IMG/VR virus record: IMGVR_UViG_3300021387_003827
Span: 64,001 to 128,000 of that record
Direction: 5' to 3' (one strand)
DNA length: 64,000 nucleotides
From: a virus
Taxonomy: Duplodnaviria > Caudoviricetes
The notes beneath the pieces are model-generated. The model searched no databases. It saw nothing but the letters and a program-made list of their open reading frames with translations, and had not been told where the DNA came from. Of this stretch, positions 33,201-41,378 are shown in pieces (the stretch's first letter is position 1; each line of letters starts with the position of its first letter). The translations under genes were made by a program, and so were the position numbers.

Positions 33201-35063
33201 TCTTACTCTCATATCACGGACGGAACTTTAGATAGATTATTCTTCTATGTTCCTCTTGGCTCTGTTTCGTTATTCTTGAGAAATGCTCCAGGATATACGA
33301 GTAGGGTTGATATGAGTGAGTTTATAGATTGGGAACAGATCGGAAAATGTACTAATCTCTTCTATAGTGGTAATGATTATCAGAGTCTTGGATTCCCTAA
33401 GAAGATAGATGCAGATAGGTTCTTAGAGGTTTGGGATAATATCTTAAGAAAGATGAGGAGTTTCAATTCTAGTACTAGTTATGGTATAGGATATATATTT
33501 AAGAACTGCTATGTTTACGGGTGGAGAAATGATGAATTTTTCTTAACTGAAGATAGCTCTCTTGTTAATACTACTATACGATACACTGGTCACCTTTTCG
33601 ATGGTTGTAGATTCTTGGATAATGAGACAACTTCAATAGAACAGGAAAGATATGTCTCCATTACTCATGACTTCTTAAAACCTCTGCCGAGTCTTGTAAC
33701 TGCATTTTATGACTTCGCTAATATGGCTTGGGAGCACACTATTCCGTTTGATTTCTTCCAAAAAAGAAAAAAGAATACTCAAACCGTATATATCCAGCCT
33801 GCCGGAACTACTACTGCAGATCAAAGAAAAACAGCAACCCTAACGTATTATACTTATACTAAAGATATGAGCTCCATAAGTGCTTGTTTCTATAATATAA
33901 AGTTACATTACGGTGAAGGTTTTGATCCTAATGCTGAATATAATAAGAATAGTTTTGTTATGGCTACTGTCATAGGAGATGAAGACGGGATTTCTTATTC
34001 CTCCTATTATACCAGTAAGACAGCAACTAGAGCAACCCAACTTGAACAGGGAACGGAAATTTCAGATTGTCGTGAGGTTCAAAGCTATTATATTCAAACA
34101 GTCCGACCTTCTGGATGGAGCCGAGATCTTACTAACTATCAGAATGTAGATGGAAGTGGTAGATTATTTGTTGCACCTGATGTTTTATATGGTTTCCAGG
34201 AGAACACTACGGTATATATTACAAGTCTCTTTGGAAGCGGTTTGGGAGACAATGCCACAGTATTTACAGGAGTTATCCCTGAACACTTCCTAAAGCAGGT
34301 TAAAACTTCAAATATAAGTGGTATGTTCTCTAACCTGAACATAACTCCTAGAAAGCTTGGAGAAATTACCGTTCAGGAAACAATAGCTGGAGAACTTCAA
34401 TCAGTAACCCACGAATATTATTACTATATTCCTTCCAATTTTACAAACTATACAAATCTAGCTGGAACCTTTAATTTTCACCTTATTATTCCAGAAGTTC
34501 ATAGGATTCACTTCTACCTCTTCCTGAATGATTCTCTACCTGCCGGAGTTACATCCCTTAATAACTCTCTTCCGGATACTTCCAAGAGTTCTTTAATTGG
34601 CAATGACTCTGGTGATTATAGGTCTTGGAATGTAGACAGAGATATCAACTATGGAATTATGGTTACCCCGGAAATGAATGGATCTACTCTGGTTAGTGTT
34701 GATGATGGTATAAATATGTCTAATTTTAAATCATTAAAGTTAGATAACCTAATTGGACCCGGTTTAGCGACATTCTTGAGAGGAAAACTGTTCACTGGTT
34801 CTTCTGATCCTGGAGTTTCATGGAGTTCTGCCACATATCTTGCTAATCCTTCTTCGAATTATGTTATTTCGGTGGGATACTCTAATTATGGTGGACTATC
34901 ATACTCATTCCAACTCAGCTTACCGCTCTCAAATCAACACTTCTTAAGAAATACCGGCAGTGGTAACGGATGTTCTATACATTCAAATAGTGTTCTTAAC
35001 TTTAGTAGTCAGTCTATTACGGTTTGGGGACAAAGGTATTCTGGCGTAACATTTATAGAATAA
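27246..35063 (+). CDS. giant (2605 aa) virion protein with CotH-like kinase domain and leucine-rich repeats
   Basis: TLKAD, LGIYNFNLG, DSVQKN and FYDMDTCLG motifs, followed by LxxLxI/LxxVxI repeats (e.g. NLQTINISGT, IISGCPKLNTINI). Confidence 0.6.
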   Translation: MRHKGQKIITDKDIEMTGEGFQGEELSGVLSGHEDRLDMLESNLKWIYKNGAVGTGGGGGGGGSTTSWKVVVSRGDTGQTIVNGSTINFSGPGNYTIKVQVYGGGTSTFKVTYSWVNSRGAQTKNVVISRDESFLSQESLLLDTNGSFSIVILNQDTQEPITYNVDYVVTSYVFNLYYVYADDKTRYTPSNNTIFMADVKTKGLMAALDYSVSVGITASSYSFTDWDGNTISSLNLGEDYQIKEKTASIIYLPLCEDIIAFLSDNENAKYKQFSLRINLLLEGNTKTEDIEPMYLRDNLIPADMYLKVTTSGGGLFDSSQLTPGVDPSTGQPIIINNYPEESRFALGTAAFQLTPYYNSLKPTRTYVLQVFLDDVQLGNLDVTTLKDQSTQAVSIPLTSSGEHRLRFRITAEGVSYSVEYYLFVKESTSSFTWYPLQRVSPEYTSYYRRYFGVEAVSGISQEETVSMTVNSDQKTYTFTSAAASSYNDYDQLLCVGLQFTTINDIESPICSFNIGNTYEQAIFIYQDKVVISSASSITDFKKIQGSSREIFFPKVDKLDDTNPTNYHLISIYKRLEYREGGNYWKGIYIFIDGVLEGVFKEFTTVHDRYSGITFYPNNYYSNLFESTCFRHVSGSDELTYLTDHDILGYYYTYYEKLLGGNISDKEIALYDAFGSFRIGSDNYVYTNDTTIRNIALNSDVPVLMMTYTDNEGRINPTIGGWNQDNFKIWMEKSYSENANIEILPVTVEWSPGGQDIRTITKQGQANAAQFKITPQGSSTLGYRCKNWELYAPDASDNTKKCLYSPNFNPTDTTTFLPEESFTLKADVVDSSHTNNNAIASFVNDVSTPFLRSRQEGMYKDYIKNCLSGFPVLVFLHSRYKTAAESESADNENFYFLGIYNFNLGRKSYYNLGYSDNNNLRYLHLTQGFNIYEISETDNTLLNGVEVAEIQGNNKYFDFSQYDPTILFQRNEGDITYMFGDAVTISEDRWTRNLEKLVEQTSKAGGYTFNQVGKRFSTTIDDNYGYNDGYSAVDGSGIPKNQVPNYKFQAKRINEGGITRYEFTEKEAGSESDLTDLILGDTSEEVQEFTPTLDYTSLCEYYTICMAFGLVDSVQKNLNIKTWNADEEYPLWYLAFYDMDTCLGVSNSGSRISYFAFSDYWTSSLDENNRLGETIIYRDYSPVESGVSEDSGSSYYDTPSSYIFAVAKYAYSVLPEALRKDLIRHPSNLWGAWRNGTRVTHPITAIDKQKGCLSSSNYFLETYYTHHLKNVPQAAFNFNYRYKYLVISPDAQNQFDNTNFPKFYGKKVAYTKDWLDGRFHILDAYFNINSVNDVMNVIGDTQILAPSTSSEYKDSSNTDIYVLKDIFSSNAQGNQYANLNYDVTIKARPYSPLIAVGTNATHRYIFPSVANDCIVNLSSSGNQYVLFGGSSLWTELSTVNPFITSTAALNIDSSYFTNLSGNGGTCRTWSIKTPALRTISLTNNANYTGELRFESTDTSSNFPNLQTINISGTALELIIAKASPTTIIANNMRGGKLNIINVSTLTNVSVSGTLDSITVPAWKKNITFPTTSGSTLNCREISVTNDISKYPGSTLNISNNSVLETVTVSGFETVIISGCPKLNTININDSGVLKTLNVVIPPSTSTDAPKMFTIGSETGVVNLSNQSALESIKLQRALMTKIIMPDKSVNLYSEAFRYCENLRYFDGNGTYTITGTYTFADCTDFTLRQSNGAWSNIKVPSSLGDISYTFYIGNTNIRGSIDLSAAQQFLSVCCAGANNVINASYLFYNQSIEYSKERFLSEYNNQTCSLNLRQLRNCRNYERAFYNCPIDAYNRFMFQGCTPSYINLSYMIGEYTAKNPSATAIRGWEIVGSGKQHVIYATTDFLYEIVSILSSISLFDYNQDSLHLCFLNPETRGILDKVEVSNVFNPFGIVDDGAQKFPSVLGSISNFEFYTQHEFDFSDTFTSSWTTAKANGLNISTFMYYDSYSHITDGTLDRLFFYVPLGSVSLFLRNAPGYTSRVDMSEFIDWEQIGKCTNLFYSGNDYQSLGFPKKIDADRFLEVWDNILRKMRSFNSSTSYGIGYIFKNCYVYGWRNDEFFLTEDSSLVNTTIRYTGHLFDGCRFLDNETTSIEQERYVSITHDFLKPLPSLVTAFYDFANMAWEHTIPFDFFQKRKKNTQTVYIQPAGTTTADQRKTATLTYYTYTKDMSSISACFYNIKLHYGEGFDPNAEYNKNSFVMATVIGDEDGISYSSYYTSKTATRATQLEQGTEISDCREVQSYYIQTVRPSGWSRDLTNYQNVDGSGRLFVAPDVLYGFQENTTVYITSLFGSGLGDNATVFTGVIPEHFLKQVKTSNISGMFSNLNITPRKLGEITVQETIAGELQSVTHEYYYYIPSNFTNYTNLAGTFNFHLIIPEVHRIHFYLFLNDSLPAGVTSLNNSLPDTSKSSLIGNDSGDYRSWNVDRDINYGIMVTPEMNGSTLVSVDDGINMSNFKSLKLDNLIGPGLATFLRGKLFTGSSDPGVSWSSATYLANPSSNYVISVGYSNYGGLSYSFQLSLPLSNQHFLRNTGSGNGCSIHSNSVLNFSSQSITVWGQRYSGVTFIE

Positions 35064-35893
35064 TGATTAGAATAGGAACTAACTTTTCGTATAACGGAAG
35101 GCAGTATCTAGATGATCGTCAAGGTTTAGCCGATAATGCTCAAGATCTTCTGGGATGGGATATACTCGTCCCAGAGGGTTTTGAAGTATTTATGGGAGGC
35201 ACTTGGTATGTTTACGATAGTAATTATAATTCTCCACTCACCGGTCATTTTAAATTAAGACCTGGATTTGAAGAGTATAACGAACTTGCAAATGAAGTTT
35301 TTCCACTTTCATTCTCTTCATTTTCTGGAGGAGGAACTTTCGAAATAGGAAAAACTGACGTGCTTCCTAAAATTGATTGGGAACTAGAAAGAAAAGGAGA
35401 GCCAGTTTCTCCGATAAGTTCTACAGTTAATGGCTCTACTGATGGTGTGAATAGAGAGACTCTGTTATCTTTCGTATCTCCAGTTTATATATCAGAAAAT
35501 ACAAATTATATAGTACAATCTATAATTGGAACTGGAGCCAAAGCTACTAGAACTGCATCCTATAATTTCTACTATAAGAAATATTATGGTGTAAGTGCTA
35601 ATGAATCTCTAACTAATGAAGAAATTTTAGCTCTCTCTTCTACTTGGGCAACCTCTTGGACTATGTCTGATACTGTATTTGATTGTACAGGGGGAAAATA
35701 TCCATATTATATAATTCCTTCTGAGTTATATAGTGAGTCTACGTTTAAGGTATGGATAGGCGGTCTTAGAAACACTGATCTTGTTATATCTGATCAAGAC
35801 GTAACCAACTCATATGGTGTTTCCCATTCATATAAGATCATAAGACTTGGAACCCTACAGAGAGGAGTACTAAGTATAAGATTTTCTTCGTAA
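35063..35893 (+). CDS. hypothetical virion/tail protein
   Basis: ATG at 35063 overlaps the previous TAA and is in frame with the track ORF. Confidence 0.6.
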   Translation: MIRIGTNFSYNGRQYLDDRQGLADNAQDLLGWDILVPEGFEVFMGGTWYVYDSNYNSPLTGHFKLRPGFEEYNELANEVFPLSFSSFSGGGTFEIGKTDVLPKIDWELERKGEPVSPISSTVNGSTDGVNRETLLSFVSPVYISENTNYIVQSIIGTGAKATRTASYNFYYKKYYGVSANESLTNEEILALSSTWATSWTMSDTVFDCTGGKYPYYIIPSELYSESTFKVWIGGLRNTDLVISDQDVTNSYGVSHSYKIIRLGTLQRGVLSIRFSS

Positions 35894-35900
35894 AAAATAT

Positions 35901-35937
35901 AGAGCCCTTTCTTCACATAAGAGGATTGGGCTCTTTT
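35901..35937 (+). terminator. probable intrinsic terminator
   Basis: AGAGCCC...GGGCTCT stem followed by TTT. Confidence 0.5.
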
Positions 35938-35953
35938 AATAAAATTGAAAATA

Positions 35954-36640
35954 ATGTCTAGAATTACTTTATCAAGATCTAGGAGTGTAGAGGAATCAAG
36001 GGCTGTTGCTCTCCTAAGACTAGATCAATATGAATTTAAACAAGGCGAGCCAGTTGTTGTATACTATCGAGACGGAGATAGCGTAGATTATATTTATGCT
36101 ATCGGTACAGGCGAAGGCAAAGGGTGGTATAAGATAATAACAACCGGACAACAAACTATAATTTGGTCTGTCGAAACTTCCCTTCCGGACATTTCTACAC
36201 TCATACACGGAGAAGTTAGACTATACAATGATGAAAATGGAGACTGGTATACTGTCCGTGCCATAGAAGATGAAACTACCGGAGATACCATTCGACAAAT
36301 AAGAATTCTATCTTCTGTCCCAAAGATCTTTATTAATATTCAAGACAACAGTATATGGGTATCTGATGAAGATAGAAAAGCAAGAAGAATAAACTCAATA
36401 TATACAAAGGAGGAAATAAATGAACTCCTTAGTGAAATTAAGTCTATAACCCTCGGAGATTTTAGTGAGGTTGCAGAGAAAGCTGATCGAGCCTATGCAA
36501 TGTCTACTGAGGCTAGAAGAGACGTTATTGATCTTACACAGAGAGTGGATGCAGCCGAAGGAGAGGTAAATATCATTAGTGAAAAGGTAGATGATATTCT
36601 TCCTATCGGATTAGACGAATTAGAGGAGGTATTAGTATGA
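35954..36640 (+). CDS. tail-associated protein, paralog of 21397-22479
   Basis: Shared N-terminal domain; C-terminal coiled coil; ATG at 35954. Confidence 0.6.
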   Translation: MSRITLSRSRSVEESRAVALLRLDQYEFKQGEPVVVYYRDGDSVDYIYAIGTGEGKGWYKIITTGQQTIIWSVETSLPDISTLIHGEVRLYNDENGDWYTVRAIEDETTGDTIRQIRILSSVPKIFINIQDNSIWVSDEDRKARRINSIYTKEEINELLSEIKSITLGDFSEVAEKADRAYAMSTEARRDVIDLTQRVDAAEGEVNIISEKVDDILPIGLDELEEVLV

Positions 36641-37443
36641 AATTTCTAAATATAGAAGGTGTTCGCCTGTTATGGTCTAGGGTTAAAGAATTATCCGCTT
36701 CAGAAAATACAGAGATATCCTGGGTTGATGATGCTCACTCTGGCCTTAAAATAACTCTTGTAACAGCAGAGGATGGACATAAGGTATATAATTTTGACAT
36801 ATCCGACGTTCAATCTATTAGTGAGTTCCAAAGTATCATAGCAAATTATATGACTTCCGCCGAGATAGAGAGCGAACTAGGAGAACTAGATTCAAAGATA
36901 GACTCTTCTGTTGGCGGAGTAGAAACTAAAGTTAACACCTTAATTGCCGATGATACTGGGAAAAGTGCTAGGGTTATTGCCGCCGAAGAATTATCTCGCC
37001 TATTAATTCCTGAAGGTGCTAAGGAGTCTCTGGATACGCTTCAAGAAATAGCAGATTGGATTCAGCAACACCCAGATGATGCTTCTGCAATGAATCAGGC
37101 CATTGAAAATCTCAAGACTTTTGTTGGAATTATTCCTCCTGGGGCATCGGCAACTACGGTAACTGAATATGCAGCAGAACTAGTTAGTGCCGAGAGATCA
37201 AGAGCAGAAGGAGTTGAGTCAGGGCATGGTACGAGAATAGGGGACCTAGAGACAAAAGTCGGATCTTCTTCTGTATCAGATCAAATCACCTCGGCTATCG
37301 GAGAATTAGATTGGGATGCAAAATCTTCTTCTGACAACCACTTCCTCACTGATATTAAGGTGGAAAATGGAAAGATGATTTCAAAATCTGATGTTGAAAT
37401 AAGACCGATATCAGAAGAATATTTAAATAGTGTTTTAGTATGA
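36637..37443 (+). CDS. tail fibre shaft-like coiled-coil protein
   Basis: GA.ESLDTLQEIADWI motif common in phage fibre proteins. Confidence 0.6.
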   Translation: MKFLNIEGVRLLWSRVKELSASENTEISWVDDAHSGLKITLVTAEDGHKVYNFDISDVQSISEFQSIIANYMTSAEIESELGELDSKIDSSVGGVETKVNTLIADDTGKSARVIAAEELSRLLIPEGAKESLDTLQEIADWIQQHPDDASAMNQAIENLKTFVGIIPPGASATTVTEYAAELVSAERSRAEGVESGHGTRIGDLETKVGSSSVSDQITSAIGELDWDAKSSSDNHFLTDIKVENGKMISKSDVEIRPISEEYLNSVLV

Positions 37444-38735
37444 TAGAGTATTTAAGTAAAGAAGGTATAAGTATTCTTTGGTCTAAGATTAAAAATAAGT
37501 TCTTAGATAAAGATGCTAAATATACTAAAGCTGAAATTGATAATATCATTGGAGAGATAGATTTCTTTTACATTGACCAAAACCTAAATACGCCGGGTAA
37601 AAGAATTATAACCAACACTTCCAGCCCGGTTCTTACAAAACTTAGACTAAGATCGCATAGATACTCTGGACATTACAAAAATTCGGTGATGTATGTATGT
37701 CAGCTTCTTGATTCTAATACATCATTGTTCTTTGACGGAACTACAAGCTCTTCCAACTATATAAATGGTAGACTTGACTGTGATGTGTGGATGAGACTTC
37801 CAGAATTTTGGTGGAAAGTATCTGAGATCTCTGTGGATAAGTGGATTCTTGGTATATCAACCTCGCCAATAGAAGGTTGGAATCATTGGGATGGAAATCA
37901 TCTTATTGGTGTTTATGAGGCATATTCTTCAACGCGGAATACGAGTGATACCGGATTTAAAACTGGATATAATTCTATCTCTATCGATGGAGAACTTCAT
38001 TCTTGGTCTGGAGTTGTATCTTCTGGTGCTATCTGTCAGGATTCATTTAAAATCCAGGCTAGAAATAGGGGAATTGGATTTTCTCTTGTAACTTGGGAAG
38101 AGCATTGTATCATGGCATCTTTGTTCTTCATGTGGTATGGTACAACTAATTCACAGGAAAAGTGTGGCTCAGGAACAGATGAATATAGAAAATCCTGTGG
38201 AAGAACAAATAGTTTAGGAATGACAGACACTGATTCAGAGACAGAAGGAAGTATAAATTTCTGGGGTCTAGAGAATTGGTGGGGAAATAAAGCTGAATAT
38301 ATAGATAACATATATTCATACCTGGAGGATAATACTCTCAAATCTGAAATCTGGGACATAGGAGGTACAAAATCTAGAATTTTGGAATTATCATCCTCTC
38401 AACCAATCTCCTCTGGATATAAATGCATCCTTGGAGAAAATCTAGACTATCTACCATCTGAAAATTCCGGATATTCTGATTCTCGTGGATATTGTGATGA
38501 AATAAAAGTATCTGGAGAAGAAAAACAGATACACATGATTGGAACCAGACAAGAATCAAGACCAGGGTATATCGGGAAAAGGTCAGGAAGGAATATAGAC
38601 ATTTCCGGAGGTATCTTATATTTAGACATGAGTTATCTTCAAGGATCTTCCTCTGACTATACCGGATCTCGACTCTCTTTCCATGGTAATATAGAAGAGC
38701 TCTCTGTGGCTGATTATATATCAATAGTACAGTAA
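37440..38735 (+). CDS. tail fibre/receptor-binding protein with C-type lectin (FGE/Mtd-like) fold
   Basis: IGVYEA, WGLENWWGNKAEYID and terminal GSRLSF motifs. Confidence 0.6.
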   Translation: MIEYLSKEGISILWSKIKNKFLDKDAKYTKAEIDNIIGEIDFFYIDQNLNTPGKRIITNTSSPVLTKLRLRSHRYSGHYKNSVMYVCQLLDSNTSLFFDGTTSSSNYINGRLDCDVWMRLPEFWWKVSEISVDKWILGISTSPIEGWNHWDGNHLIGVYEAYSSTRNTSDTGFKTGYNSISIDGELHSWSGVVSSGAICQDSFKIQARNRGIGFSLVTWEEHCIMASLFFMWYGTTNSQEKCGSGTDEYRKSCGRTNSLGMTDTDSETEGSINFWGLENWWGNKAEYIDNIYSYLEDNTLKSEIWDIGGTKSRILELSSSQPISSGYKCILGENLDYLPSENSGYSDSRGYCDEIKVSGEEKQIHMIGTRQESRPGYIGKRSGRNIDISGGILYLDMSYLQGSSSDYTGSRLSFHGNIEELSVADYISIVQ

Positions 38736-38739
38736 GATT

Positions 38740-39642
38740 ATGGATAATTACAAATATTTTTCCGCCGAGGAAATATCATATCTTCTTGGGAAATTAATGC
38801 AAAAATTTGGTCCTCTTGCTGAACTAGAAGAGTTAACCAAAATTTTAAGAAGAAACCAGGGCATTGTAGTCTCAGGGAAAAATGAAATTTCCTTTGGTAA
38901 ATTTAATTCGACGGGAAATAATGAAATATTTTCTATCGGAGTAGGAACAGATGATGATCATAGAAAAAATGCTCTGGCGGTCCGGGAAGATGGGACTATT
39001 TTGGTAGGAGATTCGATTATAAGTGAGCCCCTTGTTATAACTACTGCCGAAAATCTAGAAACTTTAGCCATAGGTCATAAATTAATTCCTGGGACAATCT
39101 ATTATATAGAGAATTTTATAACCTCTACATCTCAGAGCGGTACAAAGTCTCTGGAATCACCACTAAATCTTATCCTTAGGGCGGCTACCGACAGTTCAAT
39201 TTTTGAAGATGGAATTGGAATATATGGACAAGAGATTCTAGATATAAAATATTCCTTAAATCTTGATGATAGATATTTGTGGTCCCCTAGTGGTGTTATA
39301 TATTGGATGAAGGATAAGAACGGAAACGAGGCACCATATGATTTTAAAAACATACAATTTTCTGATTCTATGGGTGGGTGGCACTATACTTTTGACGTAG
39401 GTATCTATAAAGACTGCAAAATAAAAAGCTCGCACCTATTCTATAACCTTCCTTCCACCTACCTATATTCTTCTCAGTCCTCCGATACTATATATGGTGT
39501 TTCAGTTGACTCCGGTGTTCGTGGGAAAGGCGTTAATGTGACAGTTCTCTCCGGGAATTCGTATGAGGTAAGAGTGAGTCTAAGATCGGACGGAAGTGTT
39601 GTCATGTATTGTGAGGCCGATTTAATAGATAATACAATTTAA
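38740..39642 (+). CDS. tail fibre-related protein
   Basis: FSIGVGTDDDHRKNALAV and KDKNGNEAPYDFKNIQF motifs typical of phage fibres. Confidence 0.55.
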   Translation: MDNYKYFSAEEISYLLGKLMQKFGPLAELEELTKILRRNQGIVVSGKNEISFGKFNSTGNNEIFSIGVGTDDDHRKNALAVREDGTILVGDSIISEPLVITTAENLETLAIGHKLIPGTIYYIENFITSTSQSGTKSLESPLNLILRAATDSSIFEDGIGIYGQEILDIKYSLNLDDRYLWSPSGVIYWMKDKNGNEAPYDFKNIQFSDSMGGWHYTFDVGIYKDCKIKSSHLFYNLPSTYLYSSQSSDTIYGVSVDSGVRGKGVNVTVLSGNSYEVRVSLRSDGSVVMYCEADLIDNTI

Positions 39643-39643
39643 T

Positions 39644-40942
39644 ATGGAGAAAATATATAATACAAAATCAGAATGGAATTCAGAAACAAAAACAGAACCA
39701 ACTATAGGATTAATAAAACAAACAGGAGAAGTTTTATATTCTGGCGGGATTAACTTTTGTACTTCCAGCCCGAAAATAGGAGATGCTTTATATCTTGATT
39801 CTGATGGTAAGCCTAAGGCAATTACTTTAGAATCATATACTCCAGCATCAATTCCTTCGGGCTGGACCCCCGTTGGATCTGTATATAATGTCACCGGGAA
39901 AGAGATTTGGGTTGTTGCTAAAGATGGTGCCTCAAAAAAATGGGCAGCTATACGACTTTGGGAAGTAAGTGGATATAATCTCGATGAGGCAAGTCATACA
40001 GCTACTTTCACCTTCTGTAATTCTTCGTCTGTTCGAACTGAATATCCATTCACATATTCAGCTACAACCAAGGAAGAGTTTTGTAACCAGCTTGATACGT
40101 GGCTTAGGGAAAATAATCCAGAGAATTATAAACCGAGGGCATATATAAAAGATGGTTATGTGTATCTTGCAGCTGACAATTATGCTTGGTGGCAACAGGA
40201 CTCATATACAACCTGTAGTGGATTAACTCTCACCCACTGGAGTACGCCTATTTCTAGAATTCCGGCAATATCACGTACACCACAAAATAATACTTTCAAG
40301 AATGTATATTGTATAGTTAATAAAGAAAGAATTAAACAGTGGGGAGGAAGAACGCCGTCCTCCAATGTAAGTCTCTCTGCAGTAGATACTCCAGTATCTA
40401 AAAACGCATTTAAAACTTCCTCATACTGTGATCTTATTCGGAACACATATGGAGACTATGATACATATCTAGATGCTGTTACGGCTCAACACCCGGCATC
40501 TAATGGATCTGTCTCATGGAGGAATGTCGGTCATGCAAAAACTCAGGAGTGGTGTTCCTTTACATACATAACTTCTTCAGGGAGCGAGGCACTTCTTTTC
40601 ACGGCGGCTAATTATGCAAATGATTATGGAATCCCTGACAGTCAATACTTTGCACCAGGAAATTGGTGGGTACCGGACGTAGACGAGATAATGTATATGA
40701 TGAAAAACATTACATATGGCTTATCTGGAGTCTCTATGGCTGATGCGGATCCGGTGAATAGGTGCCTGTATTTTATGGGAGGCACCGGAATAAGTTGCGC
40801 CGCTAGCAGATGGAGTTCTGTTCGTTACTACAGTTACAATTGCTGGTATTGTAACGGTAATGGTTACTTGAACGGCGTCAGCTTCAGTAGCTCGTTAATG
40901 GTGTCCCCGGTTTCCCGCCTTCTGAAAAGCGACCTCGATTAG
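39644..40942 (+). CDS. DGR target protein 1 (putative receptor-binding protein, C-terminal CLec-type variable domain)
   Basis: 3' end carries VR1; paralog of 41375-42664. Confidence 0.85.
   Translation: MEKIYNTKSEWNSETKTEPTIGLIKQTGEVLYSGGINFCTSSPKIGDALYLDSDGKPKAITLESYTPASIPSGWTPVGSVYNVTGKEIWVVAKDGASKKWAAIRLWEVSGYNLDEASHTATFTFCNSSSVRTEYPFTYSATTKEEFCNQLDTWLRENNPENYKPRAYIKDGYVYLAADNYAWWQQDSYTTCSGLTLTHWSTPISRIPAISRTPQNNTFKNVYCIVNKERIKQWGGRTPSSNVSLSAVDTPVSKNAFKTSSYCDLIRNTYGDYDTYLDAVTAQHPASNGSVSWRNVGHAKTQEWCSFTYITSSGSEALLFTAANYANDYGIPDSQYFAPGNWWVPDVDEIMYMMKNITYGLSGVSMADADPVNRCLYFMGGTGISCAASRWSSVRYYSYNCWYCNGNGYLNGVSFSSSLMVSPVSRLLKSDLD
40799..40917 (+). repeat. DGR variable repeat VR1
   Basis: 119 bp colinear with TR 43514-43632; 14 mismatches, all at TR adenines. 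Confidence 0.95.
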
Positions 40943-41030
40943 AGGGAGCGTCTCTGATTTAGTCGAGCGTTAGCGAAGACTTCTGAGGAGCGAATTGTAT
41001 GAGCGACGATAGTTAAATAAATATAAAATT

Positions 41031-41378
41031 ATGAATATAAAAAAAGTTCTAAGTGGGATAAAAACCTACATAGATAAAGTAATATCTAAACTATCCACCA
41101 CAGATTTAGTTGTCCCTACTGCCTATAAAGATTTAGATGAAAGGATAAAATCATTAGAAAATATACTTCTCTCTGGATCTTCGCGTGCAGGCGACTTAAA
41201 AGCAGATTCTTTGGATGGAAATGAAATAACTAGATTTGGTAAGAGTATAGTTCTTTATGGTTCTGGTGCCCCCACAGTAATTCCTGACTTTATCGGTCAG
41301 TTTTATGTGAACATGTCAGGACCAGCTCTATACTACGCAACTGGAACGGACTCAACCTCTAATTGGAAACAAGCATGA
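41031..41378 (+). CDS. small tail-fibre-associated protein
   Basis: 115 aa; GSGAPT.IPDFIGQFYVN...LYYATG....WK motif. Confidence 0.6.
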   Translation: MNIKKVLSGIKTYIDKVISKLSTTDLVVPTAYKDLDERIKSLENILLSGSSRAGDLKADSLDGNEITRFGKSIVLYGSGAPTVIPDFIGQFYVNMSGPALYYATGTDSTSNWKQA

